The position numbers were made by a program, and so were the translations under genes. A stretch of DNA of 63,565 bases, counting the filler, from Malassezia furfur (Eukaryota), in assembly GCA_052055015.1 (NCBI GenBank). It is 7 parts of 7 records of this genome, joined end to end, with 100 filler letters (N's around TTAATTAATTAA, not from the genome) between each part and the next. Parts side by side here need not be neighbours in the genome. Positions count along the whole stretch, not along the records: positions 9,219 to 18,281 come from JBQJIT010000438.1; positions 18,382 to 27,404 come from JBQJIT010000439.1; 5 more parts are not named here. The stretch is one strand, 5' to 3'. Below are positions 9,960 through 21,594 of the stretch, one piece after another. The notes beneath the pieces are model-generated. The model was not told where the DNA came from. It made no database searches and saw only the letters and a program-made list of their open reading frames with translations. The first letter of the stretch is position 1. Each line of letters starts with the position of its first letter.

Positions 9960-12548
9960 ATGCACGTCCCTGGCTGGCGTGCGGTCTGCCTCGTGCTGGC
10001 ATGCGCCGCGGGCGCGTTACATGCGTTTGATGCGCTAGACACTGCCGAGACCGTATACCCTCTCGATACACAGCGACTCGCCCTCGATGATGCAACACTG
10101 TACAAGGCGCTCCCAACAATGTACACGACACAGGAAGCGATCTACGACGAGGCCCTACGGCTGCTGGACCTCATATGCGGGCCTGCCGAGGCGCGAATGG
10201 CCCTCGAGCCGGAGCGCATCGTCATTTCGGTCCAGCGCGCGCCTCCGTGTGGCCTCCTATGCCGCATCCACGCACAAACACGCCGCTGGACGCGGCAGCA
10301 GCTGCAGCGGACGCCAGGTGCACCCTATGCTGGGCCGCTGCGTGGGGCCGTCGCGACGCTGGTGGAGCTTGTCTTGTCGCCGGCGCCATCCCGCAGGCCG
10401 GCACACACATACTATGATGCAACGTACACCTGGCCGGACAACCCCGCAAGTAGCGACGTGCGATCCGACGCCGATGCCAATCACCCAAGCATCAATGGGT
10501 GGGAAGCCGCCGTGTGGGGCCCATTCGTCGAAGGAGTCGTGCGCACGCATGCACCAGCAATGCAGACCATCCAGGACGCGCACGATGCGGCACCCAAGGC
10601 CAACGCGCTCCGTACATTGGTACGGCGCTGGACGCTCCCACCGCAGGCCACTTCTCCGGCATGTCATGCCGCCTGCCAGGTGCGTGCCTATGCCGTTCGC
10701 CTGCTAGAATACCTTGCACACAATACGGATGCAAGCACCTCGGCCGCCGTGTCCGATGCTGCGTGGGTACTCGGCGAGCACTCGTTGTGGGGTACGCATG
10801 GTGCACTGCCCAACGTCTCGCGCGCGCTACGGGCATACGAGCGGCTCGCAGCGACCGGCAACGCATCTGCGCATGCGCGACTTGGATTCCTATACGGCAG
10901 TCCGGTCATGCACTCCATCTATGGCATGCCGAACGACACGGCGCGCGCTGTCGCACACTATGCAGTCGCGGCGAAGCAGGGCGAGCGGCACGCGACGCTT
11001 GCTCTTGCCCACCGCTCGCTACATGGTCTCGGCGTGCGTCAAAGCTGCATGCGCGCCCTCCATCTCTATGAACGTGAGGCACACAGCGCATATACCCAGT
11101 CCCAGACGGTCATTGGCGGACGGATGCCGTCCTACACCAAGTGGCCCGTGCACCTCCTCGAGCAATGGGAGCAGCGCACGCGCAAGATGCCTAAATTGCT
11201 GCACATGCCGCCGAAGAAAGGTGTATTTTGGCGATACCAGCGGCACCACATGGTGCCGAAAATCCTCGAAGAGCAGCCTCGACTACTGTACGACGCCGAG
11301 TTCCGACACGAGCTTCTGCGTGTACTGGACGCTGATCCCTCCGAGGACCTAGAGCAGTACCTATTTCTCGCCCTCGCGTTGTATCACGGCAGCATGTTAT
11401 CCCAAAGCGAAACCATTGCGGCTGTTCCGCGCGACTTTGTGCGCAGTGCCGAGCTTGCGCAACGCGTCGTGCACCACTACTGGCCCGTCGACCTGGCGCA
11501 GGCTCCGTCCAAAACGCTCAACGAGCATGACCTGAGTGTCGTCGGCGAAGCCGCAGAGCTGCTCGGAATGCAGTACCTCCGTGGCGAGGGTGTTGTGAAA
11601 GACGAGTACCGCGCAGCGCTTTGGTTCGAGCGCTCGCGCAACGATTATGGCGAGTACGGCCTGGGTTTCCTTGACCTCTATGGCCTGGCGGGCCATGTTC
11701 GTGACCCAGACGCGGCACAATCGCACTTTGCAAACCGCTCGTTCATCACCTCGCCCTATCCCTCTGCACGCCTTGAAGTGGCCAAGTACGGCCTGGCGCA
11801 CGGCAACCTCACTATGGCTCACGAGGGCCTCGACACGCCCCTGCTCTCCTTTGACGACCACTGGTACGCCGTATACCCACGGGTGGAGCAGCCGTATATG
11901 GAAGGGCTCGTTGCTGCCGCAGACTTGCGCGTCGGTAATGCGACATGTACGCTTGCCACGCGCAAGCTCAAAGAGGCGGCAGAGCGCGGCGACTGGATCG
12001 ATCCCATTTATCATCGCGGGACCGCTGCGTACGCTCGCAATGATATCCCCACGGCGCTGCTGGCGTTTGCTCTGGCCGCCGAGCAAGGCATGGCGCCAGC
12101 ACAGGAAAATGTCGCCTACCTACTTGAGTCATGTATGTGCATTACTGACACAGACAAGCGTGTAATTCAGCAGAGCGCAAACAATCCCCACGGCCTCCTC
12201 GCGCTGCGTTTCTGGGCGCACAGCGCCGTACAAAAAGGGGAAGGTGCTGTGCATATGTGCGATGCACAACTTGCATCCGGCGATCGCCAGGCAGCCATCG
12301 ACTGCTTTGGGCACCTCGCTCGCCGCAGCGTGCGTCTCGCCTACTGGCGGCTCGGATGGTTGTATGAGACAAGCCCCACGCCGGACTATGCGCTCGCGAA
12401 GCGAAACTATGATCTAGCGAGGCAGGACGGACCAGACACCGAGACCCTGTACGCATTCCTGGTTTATGTGCGCTTCGGACTGCGTGTTGTTTGGCACGTC
12501 ATCCGACGCCGGGACCCCGGGCTGCTGTGGACAGTGGCCTCGTCGTAG
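9960..12548 (+). CDS. Hrd3/Sel1L-like ERAD Sel1-repeat protein, paralog A (divergent)
   Basis: Signal peptide MHVPGWRAVCLVLACAAGALHA; Sel1 repeats (GNASAHARLGFLY, LGMQYLRGEGV, AAEQGMAPAQENVAY, DYALAKRNYD); 21-nt in-frame intron 12133-12153. Confidence 0.85.
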   Translation: MHVPGWRAVCLVLACAAGALHAFDALDTAETVYPLDTQRLALDDATLYKALPTMYTTQEAIYDEALRLLDLICGPAEARMALEPERIVISVQRAPPCGLLCRIHAQTRRWTRQQLQRTPGAPYAGPLRGAVATLVELVLSPAPSRRPAHTYYDATYTWPDNPASSDVRSDADANHPSINGWEAAVWGPFVEGVVRTHAPAMQTIQDAHDAAPKANALRTLVRRWTLPPQATSPACHAACQVRAYAVRLLEYLAHNTDASTSAAVSDAAWVLGEHSLWGTHGALPNVSRALRAYERLAATGNASAHARLGFLYGSPVMHSIYGMPNDTARAVAHYAVAAKQGERHATLALAHRSLHGLGVRQSCMRALHLYEREAHSAYTQSQTVIGGRMPSYTKWPVHLLEQWEQRTRKMPKLLHMPPKKGVFWRYQRHHMVPKILEEQPRLLYDAEFRHELLRVLDADPSEDLEQYLFLALALYHGSMLSQSETIAAVPRDFVRSAELAQRVVHHYWPVDLAQAPSKTLNEHDLSVVGEAAELLGMQYLRGEGVVKDEYRAALWFERSRNDYGEYGLGFLDLYGLAGHVRDPDAAQSHFANRSFITSPYPSARLEVAKYGLAHGNLTMAHEGLDTPLLSFDDHWYAVYPRVEQPYMEGLVAAADLRVGNATCTLATRKLKEAAERGDWIDPIYHRGTAAYARNDIPTALLAFALAAEQGMAPAQENVAYLLESCMCITDTDKRVIQQSANNPHGLLALRFWAHSAVQKGEGAVHMCDAQLASGDRQAAIDCFGHLARRSVRLAYWRLGWLYETSPTPDYALAKRNYDLARQDGPDTETLYAFLVYVRFGLRVVWHVIRRRDPGLLWTVASS

Positions 12549-12622
12549 CGTCCGTACCAACTCCACATTCGTGTGCGTGGGGCCAAATCCACGTGGTGCG
12601 CACGGCCGGTCCTTCAGCTGTC

Positions 12623-15487
12623 ATGCGCGTTGCGTTGCTCGTGGTCGCGGCGCTGGTGGCCGTCGCGTCCGCGCACAGCGACGCAGACGAGGCATATGCA
12701 TCGGCCCTTGCCGATCTGCGGAGTCTCGTTGACGATGCGATCTCGCCCCTCAATGCCGCATCCGAGCGATCTTCGTGGACCTACACTGCCGCCGCATGGG
12801 CCGAGCGCCTAGGCTTGGACCGCGTCGGCGCGCGCCTGCGCACGCACACTCACGACCGCGCGCGCAGCCAATACGAACACACCGCCGCATCGGCCTCGTT
12901 CACGGAACGCATGGTCGCATGGCTGGATCCGCGCCCGAAACTGACGAGCGAGCGCGAACCGTTCACTGTCTACGACACGCCTGAGCGGGCGCTGTGGCCC
13001 GACTGGGACTATGACCACGTCAAGGCGAGTCGTGCACATGCGCGCCGCAATGTGCCGCTGGCCATCAACGGGTGGGAGCAGGCGATGTGGGGCCCCTTTG
13101 TCGCGGACGTCCAGGACCCACAGCCGCCGCGGGTCCAAACCGCGGTGGATGCGTTCCAAGCGACACAGCACGGTGCGCTTGTTGCCGAGTGGCTCACGAA
13201 CCAAACCCGCAAGCTCGTGGGCTCCGCAGCATTGGAGGATGCGCCGCGACGCGCAGCAGCCTCGCCGGCGGCCCAAGCGGCGGTCGCCAAGCGGGACAGG
13301 GCAGTTGCCAAGCTCGAGCAAGTGGCCTTCCGCGACACCTACGATGACGAGGCCATGCTTGCAAGCACGTTCCGCAAAGAAAATGTGTCGACGACGCAGG
13401 CAGATGCGCTCTGGGTGCTCGGCGAGCACTCCCTCTGGGGCACGCACGGCGCAGCCCCCGACCTGCCGCGCGCGCTGCGTGCGTTTGAGCAGCTTGCGCA
13501 GCTCGGCAATGCGAGTGCACACGCTCGTCTTGGGTTCCTGTACGATAGTCCGCTCGTGGACGTGCTGTATGGCATGCCGCAGCATGCGCCGCGCGCGCTC
13601 ATGCACCATGTGTTCGCCGCACAAGAGGGCGAGTATGGCGCGCAGCTCGCACTCGCGCACCGCTACGCGCACGGTCTTGGTGTGCCGGCCGACTGCCTCG
13701 AGGCGCTGCGGTGGTACGACGCGGCGGCACAGGCGACCTATACGCAGTACCTCGCGGGCCCGCCGGGCGGGCGAACCCTGCCGTATTCCAAGGTGCGGCT
13801 GAGCGACCGAGCCATCCTGGCGAGCAAGCGGAACCCCCGGCTGCATGCAGGGCACCTGAATCCGCTGCTCTCCGTAAAGCTGATCCGGCCCGACCTGCGG
13901 CGCCTGCTTGCGCAGGAGCCGCGCGCGCTGAGCGACACGGCGGCGCTGCATGGCATTCTCGACGTATACCAGCACCACAATGGCCCGAACGAGCTCGCGC
14001 GTGTGCTGTTCCTGGCGCACGCCTACTACCGCGGAAGCGTGGTGGGCGAGGGCGAGGCGCTCGGCGCCATTGAGCGGAACTATCCGCTGGCGATGCGCTA
14101 CGCACGCTATGTCGCCGAGAAGCGCTGGCCGATGCCGGCCGAGCTCGAGAACCCCGCGTGGCTGGCGAGGGGCCCCGACGGCCGCTTGCAGCGTGCCTAC
14201 CAAGCCGTGGACATGAGCGAGGCCGACACGGTGCGTACGGGCGATGCGGCAGCGCTGCTGGGCATGATGTACATGCGCGGCGAAGGCACGCCGCAAGATT
14301 TTGTACGTGCGCAGGTCTGGTTCACGCGCGCCCAGCTGGACGGCAACCGGCGCGCTGCTGCGTGGCTTGCGGTGATGTACGACGAGGGCTGGACGGCGCC
14401 GCGGAATCCGGAGCTTGCTCAAGAGATCCTCGACGACGCACTGCGGAAGGAGCATGCGCCCGACGCTTCCGTCGAGGTGGCCCGCAAGCTGATCGAGTCG
14501 AAGCTGTACAAGGAGGGCGTCACTCGCCTACCGCGCATCGCATACCTGGGCGCCGAAGGGGAGCGTGTGGGCGAATCCAGCCAGCTTGAAACGACCTACG
14601 AAGTGTCCTACCTGCGCGGCAGCGTCTATGCGGATCAGCTCTTTACCCAAACCGCCAGTGCATCTGCGTGCGATCTCGGTGCGGAAGAGCTGAAACGCGC
14701 CGCAGAGCGCGCGGACTGGGTCGACCCCGTGTTCCACCGCGCCGAGGCGGCGCTCGCGCGCGGCAATGTCGCGACGGCGCTCATGGGCTGGGCCATCGCC
14801 GCGTCGTACGGTGTCGAAGAAGCGCAGGACAATGTGGCCTTCGTGCTGGACCCCATCAAGTCGCTCCTGCACCCCGCGCCGCCGCGGGCATCTGACCGCG
14901 CCGCGCTGCAGTACTGGGCGGAAAGTGCGCTGCAGGGCTCACGGCATGCGCTCGAGCGCGTCTGCGACTACGTACGCCTTGCACGAGGCTCCGACGTGGG
15001 CCAAGGCGACGCGGCGTCGTGCTACATGGCGCTGATCGACATCGAGAAGGACCTGGCCGCGCCATACTGGTACCTTGCGCAGATGTACGAGAATGGCGTA
15101 GGGACCACGACGCGCGACTTCCCGCTCGCCAAGCGCTACTACGATGTGGTGACGGGGCTTGCGCCCGGCAAGGCCATTTTGACGACCTTCCCTGCGCTCG
15201 TGCGGCTGCACCTCAAGGCCATGTGGCTGTGGCTGCACGGCGACGACAGTGCGCGCCGGATGCTTGCAAGCTACGTGTGGAAGCCGCGCACCAAGCGCGC
15301 GCCGTCGCCGGCGCGGCCGCCGGCCACGCGGGCCGACATGGATGCGTGGCTCGACTATGCGGTGGACGCGGCGGTGTTTGGCGTGGGCCTCGTGCTGCTG
15401 GGTGTGCTGTATCTCGTGCGGCGGTGGATCGATGCGCGGCTGCAAGCAGCGAACGCGCAGCTTGCGCAGATCCAGGCGCTTCGGTAG
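12623..15487 (+). CDS. HRD3: Hrd3/Sel1L ERAD Sel1-repeat protein, paralog B
   Basis: Signal peptide, Sel1 repeats, GPPGGRTLP motif, RDFPLAKRYYD and a C-terminal TM helix (AAVFGVGLVLLGVLYLV). Confidence 0.85.
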   Translation: MRVALLVVAALVAVASAHSDADEAYASALADLRSLVDDAISPLNAASERSSWTYTAAAWAERLGLDRVGARLRTHTHDRARSQYEHTAASASFTERMVAWLDPRPKLTSEREPFTVYDTPERALWPDWDYDHVKASRAHARRNVPLAINGWEQAMWGPFVADVQDPQPPRVQTAVDAFQATQHGALVAEWLTNQTRKLVGSAALEDAPRRAAASPAAQAAVAKRDRAVAKLEQVAFRDTYDDEAMLASTFRKENVSTTQADALWVLGEHSLWGTHGAAPDLPRALRAFEQLAQLGNASAHARLGFLYDSPLVDVLYGMPQHAPRALMHHVFAAQEGEYGAQLALAHRYAHGLGVPADCLEALRWYDAAAQATYTQYLAGPPGGRTLPYSKVRLSDRAILASKRNPRLHAGHLNPLLSVKLIRPDLRRLLAQEPRALSDTAALHGILDVYQHHNGPNELARVLFLAHAYYRGSVVGEGEALGAIERNYPLAMRYARYVAEKRWPMPAELENPAWLARGPDGRLQRAYQAVDMSEADTVRTGDAAALLGMMYMRGEGTPQDFVRAQVWFTRAQLDGNRRAAAWLAVMYDEGWTAPRNPELAQEILDDALRKEHAPDASVEVARKLIESKLYKEGVTRLPRIAYLGAEGERVGESSQLETTYEVSYLRGSVYADQLFTQTASASACDLGAEELKRAAERADWVDPVFHRAEAALARGNVATALMGWAIAASYGVEEAQDNVAFVLDPIKSLLHPAPPRASDRAALQYWAESALQGSRHALERVCDYVRLARGSDVGQGDAASCYMALIDIEKDLAAPYWYLAQMYENGVGTTTRDFPLAKRYYDVVTGLAPGKAILTTFPALVRLHLKAMWLWLHGDDSARRMLASYVWKPRTKRAPSPARPPATRADMDAWLDYAVDAAVFGVGLVLLGVLYLVRRWIDARLQAANAQLAQIQALR

Positions 15488-15592
15488 GACCCTGAGTAGC
15501 CGCGAAGCGGCCACGCCGTGGAGGTGCCTGGCCTGTGCGTGTTGTTGTTTCGGCCGAGGTGCTCGTCGACGTGGAACCGTCTTCCTTCCAGC

Positions 15593-18281
15593 ATGCGACG
15601 CATCTCCGCAGGCTGGCTGACGGTGCTGGTGTGTGCCGCGCTGGCGGTGCTCCTCGCTCCGCCCGCGGCCGCGATCGGCGTCGTGAGTATCGACTATGGA
15701 ACCGAGTGGATCAAGGCGGCGCTCGTCAAGCCCGGCATGCCGTTCGACGTCGTGCTGAGCCGCGACTCGAAGCGCAAGGTGCAGTCGACCGTCGCGTTCA
15801 AGGGCAAGGTGCCTGCAGACGGCAACCTTGCCAAGCAGGAGCGCCTGCTTGGCGGCGATGCGTACGCCTTCGCGTCGCGTAACCCGCTGCAGACCTATCA
15901 TGCGGCCAAGCTGCTGCTCGGCCAGTCGTGCAACGACACCGAGTCGAGCGGCGCGCGCCTGTTTGAGCGCGTGTTTGGCAACGACATGGTGCCGCTGCGT
16001 GGTGCCAATGTGAGCGGCTCGTCGTGCGTCGTGCGCCCGTCGCCCGACAACGAGGCGTTCTGGCGCCCCGAGGAGATTGTCGGCATGGAGCTCGACCACA
16101 TCCGCGAGCTCGCCGAGGACACCGCCGGCGAGATGCTGAGCATTGGTTTCGTGCCTGGCTCGCAGGGCTACTTTAGCGCACAAAAGGGGCTCGACACGGT
16201 GATCACCGTGCCCATCTACTTTACTGCCCTGGAGCGCCAGGCGCTCTTTGACTCGGCCATCCTGGCGGGTTTCCGCCCGCACCTGATCAGCGACGGCGCG
16301 GCGGCCGCGGCCAACTACGCGCAGAGCCGCTCGTTCCCGAAGCCCGAGCACCACGTCTTCTTCGACGTGGGCTCCGGCGCGTCGCGTGCCACGCTCGTGG
16401 AGCTGTCCGAGCAGCCGTCGGCCGAGGCGCGCGGCAAGGCGGTGACCAACGTGCGCGTGTTGGACGCCGCGTGGAGCCGCGAGGTGGGCGGCCTGACGTT
16501 TGACCTGCTGGTGCGCGACCTGCTCGCCGATGCGTTCGACCGGCAGCACGGCGCGGCGCTCGCGACGTCGGTGCGCGACGACAAGCGTGCCATGGCGCGG
16601 CTGCTGCGCGAGGCAAACCGCGTCAAGCACGTGCTCTCCGCCAACGCCGAGGCGTCGAGCTACGTCGAGAGCCTCGCGCACGACCTCGACCTGCGCACCT
16701 CGGTGACGCGCGAGCAGTTTGAGCGCGCGATGGAGGACGCGGGACAGCTTGCGCGCGTCGTGGCGCCGATCCACGAGCTGCTGCAGCGCACGCGCCGCAC
16801 GGTCGCCGACATCGACTCGGTCGTGCTGATCGGTGGCTCGACGCGTGTGCCGGCCGTGCAGGCGGCGCTGCGCGCCGCGGGCGTGCCCGAGGAGAAGATT
16901 GCGGTGAACGTGAATGCGGACGAGGCGCCGGTGATGGGTGCGGCGCTGTATGCGGCCAACATGCAGCCGGCGCTGCGCATGAAGCAGGTCAACGTGACCG
17001 ACGGCAACATGTACCCCGTGAGCGTCGCCGGCTTCGACACGCCCGCGCCGCGCGTCGCGTTCCCCGCGGGCGCCGTGCCGGCGGACGAGGCGCTGCTGGA
17101 GCGCAGCGACGTCACGCAAGACTTTGGCCTGACGATTGCGTACACGCCCGAGGCCGTCGCGCGCCTGCCGTCCGGCTATGCGGGCCCGCTGGCGCACGTC
17201 GAGCTCGACGGCATCACCGAGACGCTGCAGGAGCTGGGCGACGCGAGCGAACTGCGCCACGTCCAGACCAAGGTAAATGCGACGCTGCGGAGCAGCCCGG
17301 CGGGTGTGTACGTTGTGGCGAACCCCACGCTGCTCGTGACGCCCAAGACGACGATCGCCGGCGCTTTGAAGGCGTTCTTTAAGCTGGACGAGCCGAGCAC
17401 GACGAATGCGACCGACGCGAACGCCACGGACGCGACGCAGGAGCGTGTGGTGCCGCTGACGCAGACCGTCGAGTGGCTCACCAACATGCGCCCGCTGAAT
17501 GCCGAGGACAAGCTCAAGGCGCTTGAGCGGCTGCGCCTGATCGTGCACGAGGCCAAGGAGCGCGTCAAGAAGGACACGGCGTCGAACCAGCTCGAGGCGC
17601 TACTGTACCGGGCGCGCGAGCTGCTGGACGACGCGCAGTTCACGCCGTACGCGGCGGAGCGCGAGACGAAGCAGATCCGCGAGAGCATGGAGCAGGCGAG
17701 CACGTTCCTGGCCGACGGCGTCGAGGAGGCGGCGGCGGCGACCGTGGAGAAAAAGTACAAAGACTTCAAGAAGCTGCTGGACACGCCGCGTCTGCGTGCC
17801 GAGGAGGCGGCGCGGCGCCCTGCGTCGAGTGCGGCGCTGCGCGCGGTGCTCGACGACGGTGCGCAGTTTGTGGCCGAGGCGCGCGCGAACCTCACGGCGG
17901 CGCTCAAGGCGCAGCAGAGCAGCAAGTACTCGGTGACCGAGCTGGACTCGCTGCAGAGCCAGGTGGAGGGCGACCGCAAGTGGCTCGCCGACGGCGAGCG
18001 TGCGCAGGCGGCGCGCAAGCTGTACGAAAACGCGGTGGTGCGTGCGGACGAGATGGACCGCCGTGCCAAGAAGCTGCGCGACACGCTCGGCCGCCTGCGC
18101 CGGCGCCGCATTGCCAAGACGCGCCCGCCGAAGAAGGAGACGACGACGACGAGCGCGACCGAGAGCGCGACCGAGAGCGCGACGGCGAGTGAGAGTGCCA
18201 CGCAGAGCACGACGCCCACGAGCCGTGCGACGCCCGCGGAGTCGTCGGCCGCGGCGCCGCCGCTGCACACCGAGCTGGAGA
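15593..18281 (+). CDS. LHS1: ER lumenal Hsp70-family nucleotide exchange factor Lhs1/Grp170 (ends at contig edge)
   Basis: Signal peptide; SIDYGTEWIKAALVKPGMPFDVVL; LIGGSTRVPAVQ; VNVNADEA; C-terminal HTEL-like motif. Confidence 0.92.
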
Positions 18282-18381
18282 NNNNNNNNNNNNNNNNNNN
18301 NNNNNNNNNNNNNNNNNNNNNNNNNTTAATTAATTAANNNNNNNNNNNNNNNNNNNNNNNNNNNNNNNNNNNNNNNNNNNN
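18282..18381. other. Artificial contig spacer
   Basis: N44-TTAATTAATTAA-N44. Confidence 0.99.
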
Positions 18382-18462
18382 GGCCATTGCGTCTAGAGAA
18401 CCGTGAGGGAGGATACAGGAAGAGTGAGGCGCGACCCCCGCCTAGGGCCGCTCATACAACAC

Positions 18463-18576
18463 CACGTGATCTATGCAGTTTTGGAAACGCGCCCACGTGG
18501 GTGCCGACATGGGCTCGTGCGCACGTGGGGTGCCCGGCCTCCACCGCGCACGAGCTTCGTTGGATCGCAGCACGTT
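18463..18576. promoter_or_regulatory. Cluster of bHLH E-boxes (Pho4/Cbf1-type) upstream of KCS1
   Basis: CACGTG at 18463, 18494 and 18522; CACGTT at 18571. Confidence 0.55.
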
Positions 18577-18726
18577 GGCGTAGGTTGTGCGCTTGTTTAT
18601 CGGACGCGTCGTCGATTCCCTTGGGAGCAGGACGTGTGGCGTTGATGACTCGTCAGAGATCGTAGTTACTGACCTGATCGTGTTCACACGTACCGAGCAG
18701 AACGAACAGCATACTTGAGCGGCAGG

Positions 18727-21459
18727 ATGCATCCGACCCAACCCCAGGTCTTGTCTCCTAACCATGACCTGCCGTGCTCTGCGCCGACCGATAGCCTGCC
18801 TGGCATGCAGAATGTCGTGAGGCAGGACGAAGCACTAGAGCGCCCGAATAGTGTACCGCCGCTTCCGGTGGATGACGCCGACGATACGGGATCGACGCAA
18901 GGACCGACCTCGCCGCGCGTGGGGACGGGGCGCAAGGCGACTGTGTCGCTGCAGCTGTTTATGGCTACGCAGAACCCGAGTGCAGCAGCGAGTGCCCAGA
19001 CGCGCAGCGAATCGACGATGCGATCGTCGCCATCCAAGTCCGAGGCTGCCTCGCCAGAGGCGTTTCGGAGAGCCTCAATCGCGCATGACCCCGAGGCGGG
19101 GCCTGCGACGCCGCGGTCCCTGATTGAACAAAGTCCGGCACTGGTTGTTCCGCGTCGTGCCAGTATGGTGAGTCGGCCCGGCTACCCCGCCTTGGTGCAC
19201 GATGCCGATGTGCTGAATAGTGCGACGATGTACGACGGAGCCGACTCGAATGCCGTGTCGTCGCACAGCGGCTCGTCGAGTAGTGCGTCGTCTGACACCG
19301 AGTCGGATGCATCGGACGAGCAGAGCGAGCTACGGACAAACGCGTCGGAGGAGTCGTACGCCGGGGCCGCGCAGCAAACGATCACGATTCCCTCGCCGAA
19401 CCTGGCGAACGACGGGAGTGTGCGTCCCCACAAGCACCACCATCATCACGTCCAAGACGCCTCGGAGCCACTGCCGAACGTTGTGCAGCTCCAGCCGTTT
19501 CACCACCAGGTTGGCGGACACAACCACATCTTTCAGTTCTCGCGACGGGCTGTGTGCAAGCCCCTTTTTTCGCACGAGAACCAGTTTTACGAGGCGCTCG
19601 AGCGCGACCACCCTGACATGCTCGCGTTCGTGCCGCAATACCTGGGCGTGTTGAACGTCACTTACCGCCCTGTACACCGCGACACGGATGATGACCAGGC
19701 CGGAAGCGCGACGCCGTCCGACCAGCCGATGCGACGCAAGGTGTTTGAGGGCGACGACGATACGGGCTCCGACGAGGTGCCTGAGGTTGCGCTCGACATG
19801 AACCAGCACATCTTGCCCGACTGGCTTCTGCGACAGTCGCGCGCGCACCGCGCCGCGCCCGACGGCGCGGGGAGCGATGCAGCCGACTCACAGTCGCGCT
19901 CACTCGACTCCTCTCCGCACCATCCGTCGTCGCATCCATGTGCAATGGGCGAGGAACTGTGTCACCACCCGCTTTCGATCATGGGCACGGGCAGTACGTC
20001 GGTGAACCGCCGGCTACAAGAGCAGGTGATCCGCGAAGTCTTTCACCAGTGCAAGCCACGGCACGGGCGCTCGCACCGCGCCGATGGTGCCGAGGAGCGC
20101 GAGCGTATGGCACGGTCATGGGACGAGAAGAAGCAGTCTGCATCGCGCGGCGACACCCCGCGCCAGCATGACGCGTGCCCCTCTGCGTGGTCTGCGGCGC
20201 GGCACGCGTCATCAGACGCCGCGTATCCTGCCCACACGGTGCCGAGCGAAGCAGCGACGCCGCCGACGCCGGCGCCAACCGAGCGCGCGATACCCCCCGC
20301 GGCGGCGAGCACCGAGGTGCCCGTGTCTGCCGATGCGGCGAGCGGCACGCCGCCTACTGCGCCGCGCCAGGAGCAGTTTATTTTGCTCGAGGACCTCACC
20401 GGGGGTCTGAAGGCCCCCTGCGTGTTGGACCTCAAGATGGGCACGCGGCAGTACGGCATCCAGGCCACCGATGCCAAGAAGCAGAGCCAGACGAACAAGT
20501 GCAATAAGACGACGAGCCGGAGCATGGGCGTGCGCATCTGCGGGATGCAAATGTACGATGCACGCACCGAGGAGTTTGTGTTCCAGGACAAGTACTATGG
20601 CCGCCGCGTCAAGCCGGACGAGTTTTCCCTGGTGCTGGAGCGTTTCTTCCACAACGGCTACCAGGTGCTCATCCACCATGTGCCCGTCATGATCGACAAG
20701 CTGAACCGGCTTGCGCGGCACGTGTGCAAGTTGGATGGCTACCGGTTTTACGCGAGCAGTCTGCTGCTGATCTACGACGGCGACCTGCGGCGCCAGAATG
20801 CGCTGCTTGAGGCGTTTGAGGCTGACCTGCCGTGCGGCACGTCGCGCGTGCCCTCGTCGGCGAGCTCAGACATTGGGAGCGATTTGCAGTCGCTCCAGGT
20901 GAGCACCGATGCCAGTCCCGTGACCACAGGCTCCTTTGCACCGAGCTCGCAGTCATCGGCGACGATGTTGACGCTGCCCTCGCCGACGCTCGGGCCGACG
21001 TATATGGCGCGCAGCGAGGAAGAGGCGCGCGCGCAATGGCGGCGAGCGCGGCGCATGGGTGTGATCAACATCCGCATCATCGACTTTGCACACTGCACCA
21101 ACGGCGAGGACTTTTACTACCCCGGCGACCATGAAAACCGCCCGCCGAGCACGCCTGCCGAGCGTATGCAGCCTATCGCGCGCCACCCACCGTCACACCG
21201 CAACAAGCCGGATGCAGGCTATCTGTGGGGTCTTCGCTGCCTCTCGCGGGCGTTTTATGAGATTTGGGACCGCGAGCGGCGGCGGCGCATCGACCTGGTG
21301 CTGTCGGCGCTGCCGGCGGATGCGTCCGTGTCGGCGCGCGAGCGCGCCAGGCGTAGCGTCGACATTGGCGAGCTGAGCGTGCCCGGTGGCGAGATCTTTA
21401 CAGAGCTGTTCGGCGAGGGCGACGCGCCCGGTCCCCTGAGCGGCTACATTTCCACCTAG
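18727..21459 (+). CDS. KCS1: Inositol hexakisphosphate kinase (IPK family, Kcs1-like)
   Basis: [19 protein letters not shown] (PxxxDxKxG), SSLL and IIDFAH signatures. Start codon is approximate. Confidence 0.92.
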   Translation: MHPTQPQVLSPNHDLPCSAPTDSLPGMQNVVRQDEALERPNSVPPLPVDDADDTGSTQGPTSPRVGTGRKATVSLQLFMATQNPSAAASAQTRSESTMRSSPSKSEAASPEAFRRASIAHDPEAGPATPRSLIEQSPALVVPRRASMVSRPGYPALVHDADVLNSATMYDGADSNAVSSHSGSSSSASSDTESDASDEQSELRTNASEESYAGAAQQTITIPSPNLANDGSVRPHKHHHHHVQDASEPLPNVVQLQPFHHQVGGHNHIFQFSRRAVCKPLFSHENQFYEALERDHPDMLAFVPQYLGVLNVTYRPVHRDTDDDQAGSATPSDQPMRRKVFEGDDDTGSDEVPEVALDMNQHILPDWLLRQSRAHRAAPDGAGSDAADSQSRSLDSSPHHPSSHPCAMGEELCHHPLSIMGTGSTSVNRRLQEQVIREVFHQCKPRHGRSHRADGAEERERMARSWDEKKQSASRGDTPRQHDACPSAWSAARHASSDAAYPAHTVPSEAATPPTPAPTERAIPPAAASTEVPVSADAASGTPPTAPRQEQFILLEDLTGGLKAPCVLDLKMGTRQYGIQATDAKKQSQTNKCNKTTSRSMGVRICGMQMYDARTEEFVFQDKYYGRRVKPDEFSLVLERFFHNGYQVLIHHVPVMIDKLNRLARHVCKLDGYRFYASSLLLIYDGDLRRQNALLEAFEADLPCGTSRVPSSASSDIGSDLQSLQVSTDASPVTTGSFAPSSQSSATMLTLPSPTLGPTYMARSEEEARAQWRRARRMGVINIRIIDFAHCTNGEDFYYPGDHENRPPSTPAERMQPIARHPPSHRNKPDAGYLWGLRCLSRAFYEIWDRERRRRIDLVLSALPADASVSARERARRSVDIGELSVPGGEIFTELFGEGDAPGPLSGYIST

Positions 21460-21594
21460 CAACGGCCACGCGTGTGGTCCGAGCGTAGTCTGTACTTTGC
21501 AACAATTACCTAAGCGACGCCGCACCGCGTACCCTATTCAGCGACGCAGCTCAAGGCGAGCGGTTGACAGGCGCGCATACACGGGGAGAGCTGG

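Noticed and set aside
18265..18281. Lhs1 ends HTEL-E instead of HTEL-stop
   Set aside because: It lies in the last 4 nt of a contig; most likely a TAG-to-GAG end-of-contig error.
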